Assembly: GCA_964577465.1 (NCBI GenBank)
Contig: CAZNZF010000003.1
Span: 28,880-72,846, forward strand
From: an uncultured bacterium
GTDB taxonomy: Bacteria; RBG-13-66-14
Direction: 5' to 3'
DNA length: 43,967 bases
The notes under the pieces: generated by a model
Databases searched by the model: none
What the model was told of the DNA's origin: nothing
Seen by the model: only the letters and a program-made list of their open reading frames with translations
Part shown: positions 1-8,925 of the stretch, in pieces
Layout of the letters: every line of letters begins with the position of its first letter
How positions within the stretch are numbered: position 1 is the first letter of the stretch
Position numbers and translations under genes: made by a program

Positions 1-70
1 TGGACGCCCTTCGGCTAAACCGACACTTTTCTGCGGGACAGTGCTCAGATTCGCGCCCACCACACCCCAC

Positions 71-100
71 AAAAAGGGCGCCCCCTGGACGCCCTTTTTT
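71..100. terminator. Intrinsic (bidirectional) terminator downstream of the 117..1532 gene
   Basis: AAAAA-GGGCGCCC / GGACGCCC-TTTTTT hairpin with A- and T-tracts, 16 nt beyond the stop codon. Confidence 0.75.
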
Positions 101-116
101 CGGGAAAGAATCGGTT

Positions 117-1532
117 TTAGAACGAGGCTTTGATGGTGCCCCAGGTCGTATCCGTAATATCGGCGTCCGGGAGCCGCGGCGGCTCGGTCACATCCAGCCA
201 GTAGTGGTATTCGGGGCCGCCGGGGGCGTCGGTGTTGGTGGACTCGGTGTAACCCCAACCGTCGGTGGCAAAGACCGCGAGCTGGTAGTGTTCGCAGGTA
301 ACCGTCTTGTCCGAGTCCTCGCCGTCGGGCCTATCGTACGGAACGGGAAGGAGGGTGGAGGTGTCTATCGTATAGCTGGTGCTGGTCGTCGTGGCCTGGA
401 ACTTGATGCCCTCATCCCAACCCACCACGACCTCGGGGGAGATGATCCGGTCGGCCGCTTGCATGTCCTCCCAAAGCTCGACCGAGTAGGCGATCTGCGA
501 GGGTCCGTAGGGGTTGTTCTGGGAGCTGGCGGACCAGGAGAAGGGCCCGTAGGGATCACCCTGCTCGACCTCATAGGCGCCGTCGCTGTCGGGGTCGTTT
601 CCGCCCGGGTCGCCGAGGTTGAAGTTGTTGGGCTGGGTGTACACGAAGACCGCCAGCGCCATGTTGTCGCGCGCGGACAGGTTCACGTCGTCCATGTAGG
701 AGTACATGAACCCGAGGAGCCCCCGCTTGTCCTCGGCGCCTATGGTCGCGCTGCCGCCGTTGTCATGCGCCGTTCCCGGTACCGTGGTGTCCTTGTAGTT
801 GACCCTAATTTCGTAGGAGGTCATGTCGAGGACGACCTGGAGGCTGATCGTTCCGTCATTCAGGTCCTCGTACCCCCGGATGCCCCAGTCGTTCCAGGAG
901 ATGATGAAGAGGTTGCCCACCGATTTGTAGTAGCAATGGCTGTTCTCGAGCTTCACCCCGTCGTCCCAGAAGGGGACGAAGAACGCGTGGGGAGGATAGA
1001 GCGTACCCTCCGAGGGCAGGGGACGGTTCGCGTAATCGGTGTATGAACCGTCGTTGTAGTACATGCTCTCGAAACCGATGAGGAAGTTCGTGCTGACATA
1101 CACGTGACTGTATGAGCCACCGCTGCCGTACCTCGTGTTGTTGTAGAAATCGAAGTTGCCGTCCAGGGGCACAGAGGTCACGTGGTCGTCGGGGCCGCCG
1201 AAGGTGATTTCGTGGCCGTCGGAGATGTCGTACCAGTGGTAGGTCGGGCCGCCGCTCTGATCCGGGGCGTTGTCGATGTACACGTAGTACTCGGGGTTTC
1301 TCATCGTCTCGAGGCTGGTCGAATCAAAGCCGCCGTCGTACCCGAAACCGAGATCGTCCCCGCCCTGCACATCATCGTGTCGCTCAAGAACGCGGTCCAG
1401 ATGCAGACCGATGAAGTCGGGAACCCGGGTCGAAATGCACAGCGTCTCATCGGCGCTGATGGCGAAGGGGGTTTCGGCGTGCACAACGCACACCAAGACC
1501 AACAAAGAGAGAACCAGCAGGAGTTTCCGCAT
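117..1532 (-). CDS. Secreted acidic protein with nidogen-like extracellular domain and C-terminal TWGxIK tag
   Basis: Signal peptide MRKLLLVLSLLVLVCVVHA; motifs YVSTN, PFWDD and SATIG are typical of nidogen-like modules; ends TTWGTIKASF; GGAGG RBS. Confidence 0.7.
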   Translation of the reverse strand: MRKLLLVLSLLVLVCVVHAETPFAISADETLCISTRVPDFIGLHLDRVLERHDDVQGGDDLGFGYDGGFDSTSLETMRNPEYYVYIDNAPDQSGGPTYHWYDISDGHEITFGGPDDHVTSVPLDGNFDFYNNTRYGSGGSYSHVYVSTNFLIGFESMYYNDGSYTDYANRPLPSEGTLYPPHAFFVPFWDDGVKLENSHCYYKSVGNLFIISWNDWGIRGYEDLNDGTISLQVVLDMTSYEIRVNYKDTTVPGTAHDNGGSATIGAEDKRGLLGFMYSYMDDVNLSARDNMALAVFVYTQPNNFNLGDPGGNDPDSDGAYEVEQGDPYGPFSWSASSQNNPYGPSQIAYSVELWEDMQAADRIISPEVVVGWDEGIKFQATTTSTSYTIDTSTLLPVPYDRPDGEDSDKTVTCEHYQLAVFATDGWGYTESTNTDAPGGPEYHYWLDVTEPPRLPDADITDTTWGTIKASF

Positions 1533-1619
1533 GAGTCTCCTCCATGTATGGCTGAAAGTTAATCCTTATGAGTGCGCAAGAGAGTTACCCTTTGCACCGT
1601 AAGGGTGTGTTGAAGAGCT

Positions 1620-1662
1620 ATTATACCTTGCAAACCTTACCATGTGTCCCTGGGTGTGTCAA
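1620..1662 (-). promoter_or_regulatory. sigma70-type promoter(s) for 117..1532
   Basis: TTGACA (1657-1662), 17 nt, TAAGGT (1634-1639), plus a second TATAAT at 1620-1625. Confidence 0.55.
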
Positions 1663-1691
1663 GGGTTTTCCGGCTTCGCCGGCGCATTTAT

Positions 1692-2594
1692 TCAACCGTG
1701 TCTGGAACGCCGTCCTTTCTGCACCGAAGCGGTCAGAAGGGTGAAACGGTTGATCATCCGGTTGTTCAGGTCCTCGGCCCAGTAGCGCCCCGGCGAGCGC
1801 AGGCCCAATCTGACCGCCAGGGCGCCCACCCCGTCGGTCGCGTACATGCCCGTCCGGGCCACGGCCAGGGGATTTCGACGGCTCCATCCCGGCCTCGACG
1901 TCACGGCGATTCCATAGTTGTACCCGGCCTTCCGCAGGGCGGCCGTCACCCGGGCGTCGCAGCGGCCGAAGGGATAGCTGAAGGCCTCCGGGACCCGGCC
2001 CAGCTCCCCGGTTATCACCGTCCGGGACTCGCGAAACTCCCGTTCCAGATCATCGTCGTCCAGGGTAGTAAGGTCCCGGTGATTGACGCCGTGGCTCGCG
2101 AAACGGACTCCTCCTCCGGCGGCCATCTCCCGCGCCTGGTCCCAGCTCAGATGGCGGAAGGCGCCGCGGGCCAGGGGCTGTTCCCAGTCGTTGGGCCGCC
2201 CCATGTAGCCGGTCACCAGAAAAACGGTGGCCGGCAGACCCAACTCCCGCAACACGGGCCACGCCCCCGTGTACACCGATTCGTAGCCGTCGTCGAAGGT
2301 CAGCACCACCCCCCGCCCAGCGTCCTCGCCGCGCCCGAGGGTGTCCAGGTAATCCGTGAGGTGGAGGACCGGGAGCCCTGAGGAACGGATAAATTCCATC
2401 TGCCGCCGGAAGGCTCCCACGGTGAGCCAGGTCCCGCCGAGCTCGGGGCGATTCTGCACCTTGTGGTAGGTCAGGATGACGACCGGCTCGGGGCGCACCG
2501 TCCCGTAGCGCCGCCGGTGGTAAAGGCGCAGAAAAACGACGAGTAAAAGGAGCCCCGCCCCGAAGGAGAGGAGAAGCCATTCCGGGTTCATCAC
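1692..2594 (-). CDS. Polysaccharide deacetylase (CE4/NodB), N-terminally membrane-anchored
   Basis: LTYHKV, TFDDG, SHGVNH and SYPFG motifs; N-terminal TM helix; GTGA overlap with the upstream GH57 stop. Confidence 0.9.
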   Translation of the reverse strand: MMNPEWLLLSFGAGLLLLVVFLRLYHRRRYGTVRPEPVVILTYHKVQNRPELGGTWLTVGAFRRQMEFIRSSGLPVLHLTDYLDTLGRGEDAGRGVVLTFDDGYESVYTGAWPVLRELGLPATVFLVTGYMGRPNDWEQPLARGAFRHLSWDQAREMAAGGGVRFASHGVNHRDLTTLDDDDLEREFRESRTVITGELGRVPEAFSYPFGRCDARVTAALRKAGYNYGIAVTSRPGWSRRNPLAVARTGMYATDGVGALAVRLGLRSPGRYWAEDLNNRMINRFTLLTASVQKGRRSRHG

Positions 2595-4762
2595 GGCCCA
2601 CCGCCGCCCGACAGGGTGAAGCGCGCCCCCATCCGCATCTTTTCGCCGGGCACCAGGCGAACCGACCAGGTCCAGGCGAGCTGCAGCCCCTGCCAGCTCC
2701 TTTTAATACCCGCCTCGGTGCCCTCGACGGTGAGTACGGGGGATGACCAGAGGCCCGCGGCCGGGTCGGCCTCGCTTTTTACGACGAGGCCCGCCCGGCG
2801 ATCGGCCAGCGACCAGGAGACGACTGACCCGTGCCCGTCGCGTCGGGTGATTTTTAACGGAACCGGCCCCGGACTTCCCGCACACAGGATGCTCAAATCG
2901 AGGTCGCGGGGGCCGCTGGGCGGCGAGGGGGAGGAATCCAGCGCCAGGGTCAATGCAATCGGCTTGGGTTCGGGGTTGACGATGTGCACCCCGCAATTCC
3001 ACCCGCCACGGACGAAGGAGTACGCGAGCTCGACCTCGATCCTTCCCCGCCCGAGCGGGACCGACCCGGAGTAGCGGACCTCGGACCCGCGCACCTCGGG
3101 ACCCGCCAGCTCGGGGAAGAGGGCCTCCCCCCTTCCGGCCAGCAGGCGCTCCTTCGCGGCGTCGCCCGGCATGACGACCAGCCGGCAGAATCCGCGTCGG
3201 GCCCGGTCCACGGTGAAACCGCGCTCGCCCCCCCGGTGGTACGGCTCGGCGATGCGGGTGAACCCCCCGGCCAGACCGGCGGGCGGGGCCTTGGACAGCC
3301 AGTCCAGCACCGCCCCCCCGTGATCCAGCACCACCGTCTGCGCCGGGTCGGAAACGACGACCCCGGGCCGGCCGAGCCTCTCGTAGTCGCACGGGGCGAC
3401 CCGGCGGCGGGTGCCGCGGTCCAGCCGGGCCAGCACCCCGGCCAGGCAGCGGTAGCAGTGGTGGCGGAGGAAGTGGTAGTACACGCCCCCGAAGAGGCCG
3501 TGCCAGTAGACGTCGTTCACGGCGGCGGCGTCGAGGAGGTCCAGCAGGCGTTCCGCCTCGGGTGGTTCCAGGGCGCCCTCCGCGTCGGCGAGACGGTCGC
3601 GGGTGTGGAGGTAGGCCAGGTGCAGACGGCCGGATGCGGGGTACTTCGCCAGGAAGTTGCGCCAGTGGGTCCCCCGGGCGAACCGTTCCACCTCCAACTG
3701 GAGCTCGGGCGCCAGGCCGGCTTTTTCGAGCCGCCCGGGAAGCGACTCCAGACGGGACCGGGCCTCGGTGGGGAGCGCCCAGACCCCCATCCGGTCGTAG
3801 GAGGCCGTGGGGAGGTAAACGAGACTTCGCGGCGGCTCTTGCTCTAAAATCTCGGACAGGAGCGCCGTCTCGAGCCAGGGCGGGGCCGAGAGTCCATCCA
3901 GGAAGCGGGCCATCCACCCGTTGCGGTAGCACAGGTCGTAGGTCGTGCCCCGGCGGGCGGGCCAGAGGCCCATCTTCTCCGCGTCGCTCATAACGACCGC
4001 CACGGCGCGCCTTTCGGGGTCGGCCGGACGGCAACCCTCCAAATACTCCACGGTCCGCTCCGGCGCCTCCCAGGGGATGAGGTATCGGATGGGCTCGTTG
4101 ATGGGGAAGACCGCTAAAACCTCCCCGTCGTGCTCCGTGGAGAAAATGGCGTGCGCCTCATCCCGCCGCCAGCCCAAATCGAGGAAGTGCCGGTCGTCCA
4201 GCAGCGTGTAGCGATAACCCGCCCGGGCCAGGTCGGCGGCCAGCTCCGGCTCCCAGACCCGCTCGGCCAGCCAGGCGCCCCAGGGCCGACGCCCGAAAAG
4301 ACCCTCCACGCGGTCGGCCAGCCGGGTGAGTTGCCGGCGGCGGTCACCGGCGGGAATCATGGGCAGAATCGGCTCGTAGTAGCCGCCCCCAAGAATCTCC
4401 AGCCGACCGTCGGCGACGAGCGAGTGAAGAAGCTCGATGAACGGGCGCTGACGGGCGAAAAGCCAGTCCAGGAGCGCCCCGGAGATGTGGAGGTTGAACT
4501 TCAGCCCGCTCGCCGAGAGCGCCCCGACGAGCGGCGAGTAGCTCCGCTCGAAGGCGTGCTCGAAGGTTCCGGGAAAATTACCGACGGGCTGGTGCAGGTG
4601 AAACAGGACCGGCACCGACAACCGGCCCGCGGGGGACGGTGAGGCAAGGGGTTTACGGCTACGCCGTCGCAGGTATGCCAGAGGCATAGCTCGGTTTGCC
4701 GGGGGCATAACTCGCTGCGCTCGGTTCGCTCGGTTAAGCCCCTCGTCCTGTTTGGGGGGCAT
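2591..4762 (-). CDS. GH57 alpha-amylase / 4-alpha-glucanotransferase (N-terminus carries repeat insertion)
   Basis: HLHQP, GGGYYEPIL, WLAERVWEP (nucleophile Glu), SDAEKMGLWP (acid/base Asp), NDVYWHGLFGGVY; TGATG coupling to the kinase stop. Confidence 0.88.
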   Translation of the reverse strand: MPPKQDEGLNRANRAQRVMPPANRAMPLAYLRRRSRKPLASPSPAGRLSVPVLFHLHQPVGNFPGTFEHAFERSYSPLVGALSASGLKFNLHISGALLDWLFARQRPFIELLHSLVADGRLEILGGGYYEPILPMIPAGDRRRQLTRLADRVEGLFGRRPWGAWLAERVWEPELAADLARAGYRYTLLDDRHFLDLGWRRDEAHAIFSTEHDGEVLAVFPINEPIRYLIPWEAPERTVEYLEGCRPADPERRAVAVVMSDAEKMGLWPARRGTTYDLCYRNGWMARFLDGLSAPPWLETALLSEILEQEPPRSLVYLPTASYDRMGVWALPTEARSRLESLPGRLEKAGLAPELQLEVERFARGTHWRNFLAKYPASGRLHLAYLHTRDRLADAEGALEPPEAERLLDLLDAAAVNDVYWHGLFGGVYYHFLRHHCYRCLAGVLARLDRGTRRRVAPCDYERLGRPGVVVSDPAQTVVLDHGGAVLDWLSKAPPAGLAGGFTRIAEPYHRGGERGFTVDRARRGFCRLVVMPGDAAKERLLAGRGEALFPELAGPEVRGSEVRYSGSVPLGRGRIEVELAYSFVRGGWNCGVHIVNPEPKPIALTLALDSSPSPPSGPRDLDLSILCAGSPGPVPLKITRRDGHGSVVSWSLADRRAGLVVKSEADPAAGLWSSPVLTVEGTEAGIKRSWQGLQLAWTWSVRLVPGEKMRMGARFTLSGGGGP
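4641..4748 (-). repeat. Mini-insertion copy A: 81 nt inside a CAAGGGG/CCCCTTG-type palindrome, in frame in the GH57 N-terminus
   Basis: 4676-4737 is the exact reverse complement of 35209-35270 (62/62); the extra 21-nt module matches 28213-28242. Confidence 0.9.
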
Positions 4763-7700
4763 CAGACGGAACCGCCCGGGGGCTCCGGGGGTCTGACGAC
4801 TTCGGAGGCGGACGCACCGGGGCGCTCGACTATAGTGAAGTGTTTCGGCAGCGTGAAGATGAACCGGCTGCCCTCGCCGAGCTCCGACTCCACCCAGATA
4901 CGCCCGTGGTGCCGCTCGATGATGGCCCGCGTAACCGCCAGGCCCAGGCCCGTTCCTCCGTAGTGGCGGGTCAGCGTCGAGTCCACCTGGTACAGACGCT
5001 CGAAGATGCGCTCGAACTCCACCTCGGGGATGCCGATGCCGGTGTCGGCGACCGTGAAGCGGTAGTGCTCCTCGGTCTCGGTGCAGGAAATGGTCACCGT
5101 GCCCTCGCCGATGGTGAACTTGTTGGCGTTCGACAACAGGTGGGTGAAGACGGTCCGTATCTTGGGGAGGTCGACGTCGATGTTGATCGGCTGCTTGGGG
5201 AGCTCTAGAACCAGGCTCATCCGCGGGGTGTCGATGTACTTCGACTGATCGACGAAGAACTCCTCCAGCATCGTGGTCAGGTTGGCGGTGGTGAGGTCCG
5301 GGGTGTACTGGCCGGTTTCGATTTTCAACAGGTCCAGGAGCTCGATGATGAGGTGGCCCAGATGGTCGGATTTTTCGATGATGGTTTCCAGGATGTCCTG
5401 CTGCTTCTCGTTGACCTCGCCGATGACGCGACCGGCCATGAGCTGGGCGTAGCCCTTGATGACGGTTACCGGTGTGTTGAGCTCGTGGGAGACCATGGAG
5501 ACGAAGTCGGACTTCATCTTGTCCACCTTCAGGAGCTCCTCGTTGGCCAGGGCGAGAGCCAGGGCGCGCTCTCGCAGCTCCTGGTACAGGTTGATGTTGT
5601 GGATCGCCTGGGAGAGCTGGTCGGCGACCGTTTCCAGGGCGGAGATATCCGCCGGGTCGAAGGCCTCGGCCTGGGTCGTTTCGAGGTCGAGCACCCCCTT
5701 GACCTCCCCCTCGACGAGGAGGGGAATCGCGAGCTCCGCCCCGATTTCAAAGATGCCGGCGGGCATGATGTAGTGGGGGTCCTTCGAGGTGTCGGGGACG
5801 TAGCGGGTGACGCCGGACCGGGCCGTCCACCCCACGACGCCCTCGGTGGCGGGGACCCGGTAACCTCGACCGACCAGCACGTCGAAGATGCCCGATTGAG
5901 CCTCCAGAACGAGCTCGCCCGCCTCGGAGTCCAGCATGAAAAGGGAGACGTTGTCGTAGCCCAGGGACGCGCCGATGGCGTTCACGGTTTCCCGGAACAG
6001 GGGCTCCAGGTCGAAGGAGGACAGCGCCAACCGGCCGAGGGTGTTGATTATTTTGAGCTGCTCCTGTCGCCGCAGGAGCTCGCGTTCGGCCTCCTTCGCG
6101 GCGGTGATGTCGCGCAGGGAACCCTGGTAGCGGATGTAACCCCCGTCCACCGCCAGGTCGAGGTCCGTCTTGGGGTCCATCACCTCCCGCAGCTCGCCGG
6201 TGCCCCCTTCGTGGCTGGATGAAAACCCCAGTTCCTCGCCGGTCATGTGGCGGGGGAAGGCCTTGGCCTCGACGCTCATAGCGACGACGCGCGATGGTTT
6301 TGTGCCCACGCGCGATTGCAGGTGGAACTCCAGCTCCTGGCGTCCCAGGCCCGACCGCACCCTCTCGAAGGCGCGCTTCACCGCGGCCCGCCAGTCGGGC
6401 ATCACGAGGTCCAGGAAGCTCGTCCCGACGAAGTCGCCCCCCGGCTCACCCACCAGGTTGGAGAATTGGCGGTTGAAGGCCCTGATCCCCAGCTCCTCGT
6501 CGAGAACGTAGAGCGCGTCGGTGGCGTCCCGGAAGAGGTTGCGGTAATCGTTCTGCGAGCGTTCCAGCTCCCACCGCAGCTTGGACGTCGTGATGGCCTG
6601 GGCCGCCAGATAGGCGAAGGATTCCAGCGGCTGTATCGTCGCCTCTGTGGGCGCGAGCCCATCCCGGGGGTCGTCCAGCGAGATGATACCCAGCATCCCC
6701 GAGGGCCCCTCGAGGGGTACGAAGAAGAAATCGTTGGGGTCCCAGTCTATGAACTCTTCCCGCGTGCGGCTCGAGGTCAATCCCTGCTCGCCTATGGTCC
6801 CCTCGACCAGCGCCGCGGGCAGGTAGTACGAGCGGCTGATTTTATCGGCGTTCGCCTTTATCCTCTCCACATCCTCCAGGCTGAACGGCCGCCGTTCCAT
6901 GAGCTCGTCTATCTCCTCCTGGGTCAGCTTGGAGAACGCCACCCTGCGCATCCCGTCCCCCTCGACGAGGGACAGGACCGCCCGCGAGAACGTGGAGTAA
7001 GTGGTTATCGCGTCCACGATGGTCTGGCCTATCTTGTAAAAATTCTTCTGGAGGACGATTTCGGCGCCGATGCGCGAGAAGGCCCTCAACCGCCCATAGG
7101 CCCGGTCCAGCTCCTCGAGCGTTCTCTTCTGGTGCTCGATGTCGTGTGCACCGGCAATCGCCTGGGCGAGGTTCGCGGCGAAGGTTTCGTAGAGCTCCAG
7201 GGGAATCCCTCCCCTGGACGGCAGGAACACCGCCACCCCCTCGAAGTGGTCCTTCGACACCAGGGGGGACACGATGAACTCCGCAATCCCGACCCCCCGG
7301 GCCGACCTGAGGGCTTCGTCCCACAGGGGAGTGAGCTCGCCGAACAACCGCGTGCCTTCCCCGCTCTCCCCGTCATCCCCACTGTCGTGGCCCAGACGCA
7401 GGGAACGTCCCGTCGTCTTCATCCGCTCCACGACGTCGCCCATTACCCGCGGGAGTGATTCGGCGGAGAAGAGGGGGTTGCCGCGGGACGGGGTGTCCTT
7501 GCCTCCCGTGCCTTTACGTCGGTCCAGGGCCCGGGTCAGTTCGTCGGATAAGTGGCTCGCCAGCAGGCGGTACTTCACGTCCCGCGTAGGCTGAGCCTCT
7601 CCGACCGGGGCGAGAACCTGGAGGCCGACCAGCCCCAGAGCCTCGGATATCTTCCCGCAAAGGAGTTCCAGGAGCTGCGACAGCTCGAGCTCCCGGGTGA

Positions 7701-8841
7701 GGGCCTGGCTTATCTCCCGTATATTCGTCAGGCCGACCATTTCCAGCTCATGCGCTTCGGCGAGCCGCTCGCGGTCGCCCTCCTCCCGGTCCCGTTTCAG
7801 GCGGATGAGGTTATAGCGCCAGTAAATGATGCCGCCCGCCACCAGGAGGAGGAAGAATCCCAGGAACGCGAAGAAGTACCTGTTCTGTGCGCTCTTCGCC
7901 GGCGCGATGACCCCTTCGGTGTCTCTGAGGCTCAGAAGCTCGAAGCGGTGCCCGCCGAGCTCGAAGGGGTGCAGGACGCCCACCGCTTCGGCGAGCCGCG
8001 TAGGCCGCGCCCCCCGGTGCGTGTCGGCCGGGGTCAGCCGGACGAAACCGCCGTAGCCGTGGGTCACGAAGATGGAAAAGAGCGCCGACCGTGGATCATC
8101 CGCATCCGCTATGCCGCCCATCACCCCGCCGGGTGCCGCTTCCCGGACCACCGCCCCCGCGGGCTGAACCAGGGCGCCATACGCCGCGCTTTTCCAGTCC
8201 GGCGACCTGTCGGGACCCTGGAGGACGGCGCCCGATCCGTCGAGGACGTAACAGGTCGCCCCCGAATGGATGACCCCCGAGAGGTAGCCGCCCTCGTCCC
8301 GCCCGGCGGTAAAGGCGCGGGAGAGGTTCAGATAGCCGACGATTCGGCCCTGAACGGCCCCGTTACGAACCGGGGTGCTGACGGTTACGACGCATCCCTG
8401 GTCGGTGACTCGGGGCACGGACACGCTCACCCCGTCGAGCGACTCCGCCGGGGATGGGGTGTCCGGGGGAAGAGAAGGGGCGGTGGAACCGGGCGGGTAG
8501 ACGATGGCGGGGGCGCCGGACTCGTCGTAGAAGGCGATGTGGAGGAAGCTCTTGGTGCCGCGCAATTGGGAATGTTCATAAACGGCGGCCATGGCCGCTC
8601 GGAGTTCGGCCGGTCCCCGCGCGACCTCGGGGTGGGCCAGAATCGAGATGGAGTTGGAGAGGTCGTTGAAGGCCTCGGTGATGCCGTACGCCGCCGAGTG
8701 CAGAAGGTCCTCCTGCTCCGCGGCGAAATCCTGCACCGCCTCCCTCCCGGCCCCGATGTCGAACAACAGGGTCAGGGTGGTCAGCACGACCAGAAGCAGC
8801 GGGAGGGCGATCCAGCCGAACTTGAAGATCTTTATCCGCAT
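4762..8841 (-). CDS. Membrane sensor histidine kinase (periplasmic Cache-like, GAF, PAS, GAF, HisKA, HATPase)
   Basis: Two TM helices; PAS (LFRDATDALYVLD...RDIT); GAF (GVVGWTARSG...ELAIPL); H-box SHELNTP; N-box LLSNANKF; DTGIGI and GGTGLGL. Confidence 0.93.
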   Translation of the reverse strand: MRIKIFKFGWIALPLLLVVLTTLTLLFDIGAGREAVQDFAAEQEDLLHSAAYGITEAFNDLSNSISILAHPEVARGPAELRAAMAAVYEHSQLRGTKSFLHIAFYDESGAPAIVYPPGSTAPSLPPDTPSPAESLDGVSVSVPRVTDQGCVVTVSTPVRNGAVQGRIVGYLNLSRAFTAGRDEGGYLSGVIHSGATCYVLDGSGAVLQGPDRSPDWKSAAYGALVQPAGAVVREAAPGGVMGGIADADDPRSALFSIFVTHGYGGFVRLTPADTHRGARPTRLAEAVGVLHPFELGGHRFELLSLRDTEGVIAPAKSAQNRYFFAFLGFFLLLVAGGIIYWRYNLIRLKRDREEGDRERLAEAHELEMVGLTNIREISQALTRELELSQLLELLCGKISEALGLVGLQVLAPVGEAQPTRDVKYRLLASHLSDELTRALDRRKGTGGKDTPSRGNPLFSAESLPRVMGDVVERMKTTGRSLRLGHDSGDDGESGEGTRLFGELTPLWDEALRSARGVGIAEFIVSPLVSKDHFEGVAVFLPSRGGIPLELYETFAANLAQAIAGAHDIEHQKRTLEELDRAYGRLRAFSRIGAEIVLQKNFYKIGQTIVDAITTYSTFSRAVLSLVEGDGMRRVAFSKLTQEEIDELMERRPFSLEDVERIKANADKISRSYYLPAALVEGTIGEQGLTSSRTREEFIDWDPNDFFFVPLEGPSGMLGIISLDDPRDGLAPTEATIQPLESFAYLAAQAITTSKLRWELERSQNDYRNLFRDATDALYVLDEELGIRAFNRQFSNLVGEPGGDFVGTSFLDLVMPDWRAAVKRAFERVRSGLGRQELEFHLQSRVGTKPSRVVAMSVEAKAFPRHMTGEELGFSSSHEGGTGELREVMDPKTDLDLAVDGGYIRYQGSLRDITAAKEAERELLRRQEQLKIINTLGRLALSSFDLEPLFRETVNAIGASLGYDNVSLFMLDSEAGELVLEAQSGIFDVLVGRGYRVPATEGVVGWTARSGVTRYVPDTSKDPHYIMPAGIFEIGAELAIPLLVEGEVKGVLDLETTQAEAFDPADISALETVADQLSQAIHNINLYQELRERALALALANEELLKVDKMKSDFVSMVSHELNTPVTVIKGYAQLMAGRVIGEVNEKQQDILETIIEKSDHLGHLIIELLDLLKIETGQYTPDLTTANLTTMLEEFFVDQSKYIDTPRMSLVLELPKQPINIDVDLPKIRTVFTHLLSNANKFTIGEGTVTISCTETEEHYRFTVADTGIGIPEVEFERIFERLYQVDSTLTRHYGGTGLGLAVTRAIIERHHGRIWVESELGEGSRFIFTLPKHFTIVERPGASASEVVRPPEPPGGSV

Positions 8842-8925
8842 GTGGTTAAACGGCCGCAGTTTAGAATAAAAACCAATGATACCACAACCCGCAATGACAC
8901 GGGCACGGGCGGGGGAGTGCCGGCG

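Noticed and set aside
1-96. TGGACGCCCTT repeated at 1-11 and 86-96
   Set aside because: Only 11 bp, at the window edge, and part of a terminator arm; cannot be interpreted
1533-1620. Hairpin ACCCTT/AAGGGT in the leader as a riboswitch
   Set aside because: Short stem with no recognisable aptamer consensus
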